The position numbers and the translations under genes are program-made. This document shows, piece by piece, positions 63,756-64,000 of a stretch of 64,000 nucleotides of DNA (the first letter of the stretch is position 1; each line of letters begins with the position of its first letter). This DNA comes from Eledone cirrhosa (Eukaryota), in contig OZ024741.1 in the NCBI GenBank assembly GCA_964016885.1, forward strand, positions 165,416,001 through 165,480,000, in the 5' to 3' direction. The notes below the pieces were generated by a model that did not search any database, was not told the origin of the DNA, and saw only the letters and a list, made by a program, of their open reading frames with translations.

Positions 63756-64000
63756 TTAGTTATAAAATAACTAATAATATTAATTAATAAGCTGGTGTTT
63801 AATACATAGCTTAACAAATATATTCTTCTATAACATTATATTTGATTTAAATAGGAATACTCTAAAACAAGAGGTTTGTAATCATAGAATTGGGGCAGTT
63901 TTGGAGTGGATTGGTATCAAAAGGGTTAAAATTGTCTCAGTAATTGTTCCAGCTGACTGCACTCTGAGTTCAAATCTATCAAGGTCAATTTTGCCTTTCA

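Overview
AT-rich, microsatellite-dense animal genomic DNA. The SINE families look cephalopod/Octopus-like, which is an inference from recall, not a search. The only host coding sequence I can support is one 113-nt exon of CASK (calcium/calmodulin-dependent serine protein kinase, N-terminal CaMK domain) on the minus strand at 13478-13590. The rest appears to be very long CASK intron filled with mobile DNA: about 30 copies of one tRNA-derived SINE, other SINEs, decayed LINEs (CR1/L2-type RT, RTE, R4/Dong-type, CRE-type), non-autonomous Helitrons, hAT/piggyBac/Tc1-mariner-type MITEs and three minisatellite arrays. The strongest unexplained signal is a set of minimal type I hammerhead ribozyme motifs from several unrelated sequence families. 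Most sit in or beside (TA)n tracts and within fold-back inverted repeats, and one pair flanks a Penelope-like GIY-YIG endonuclease fragment. All three loci with an intact catalytic core have it covered by an antisense arm, and one lies in CASK sense orientation about 220 nt upstream of the exon. A 5'-truncated U6 snRNA copy fused to a SINE/LINE 3' tail, with an empty-site duplicate nearby, is also present. Nearly all ORFs in the supplied track are microsatellite or repeat artefacts. Coordinates were read by eye and element ends may be off by a few bases.
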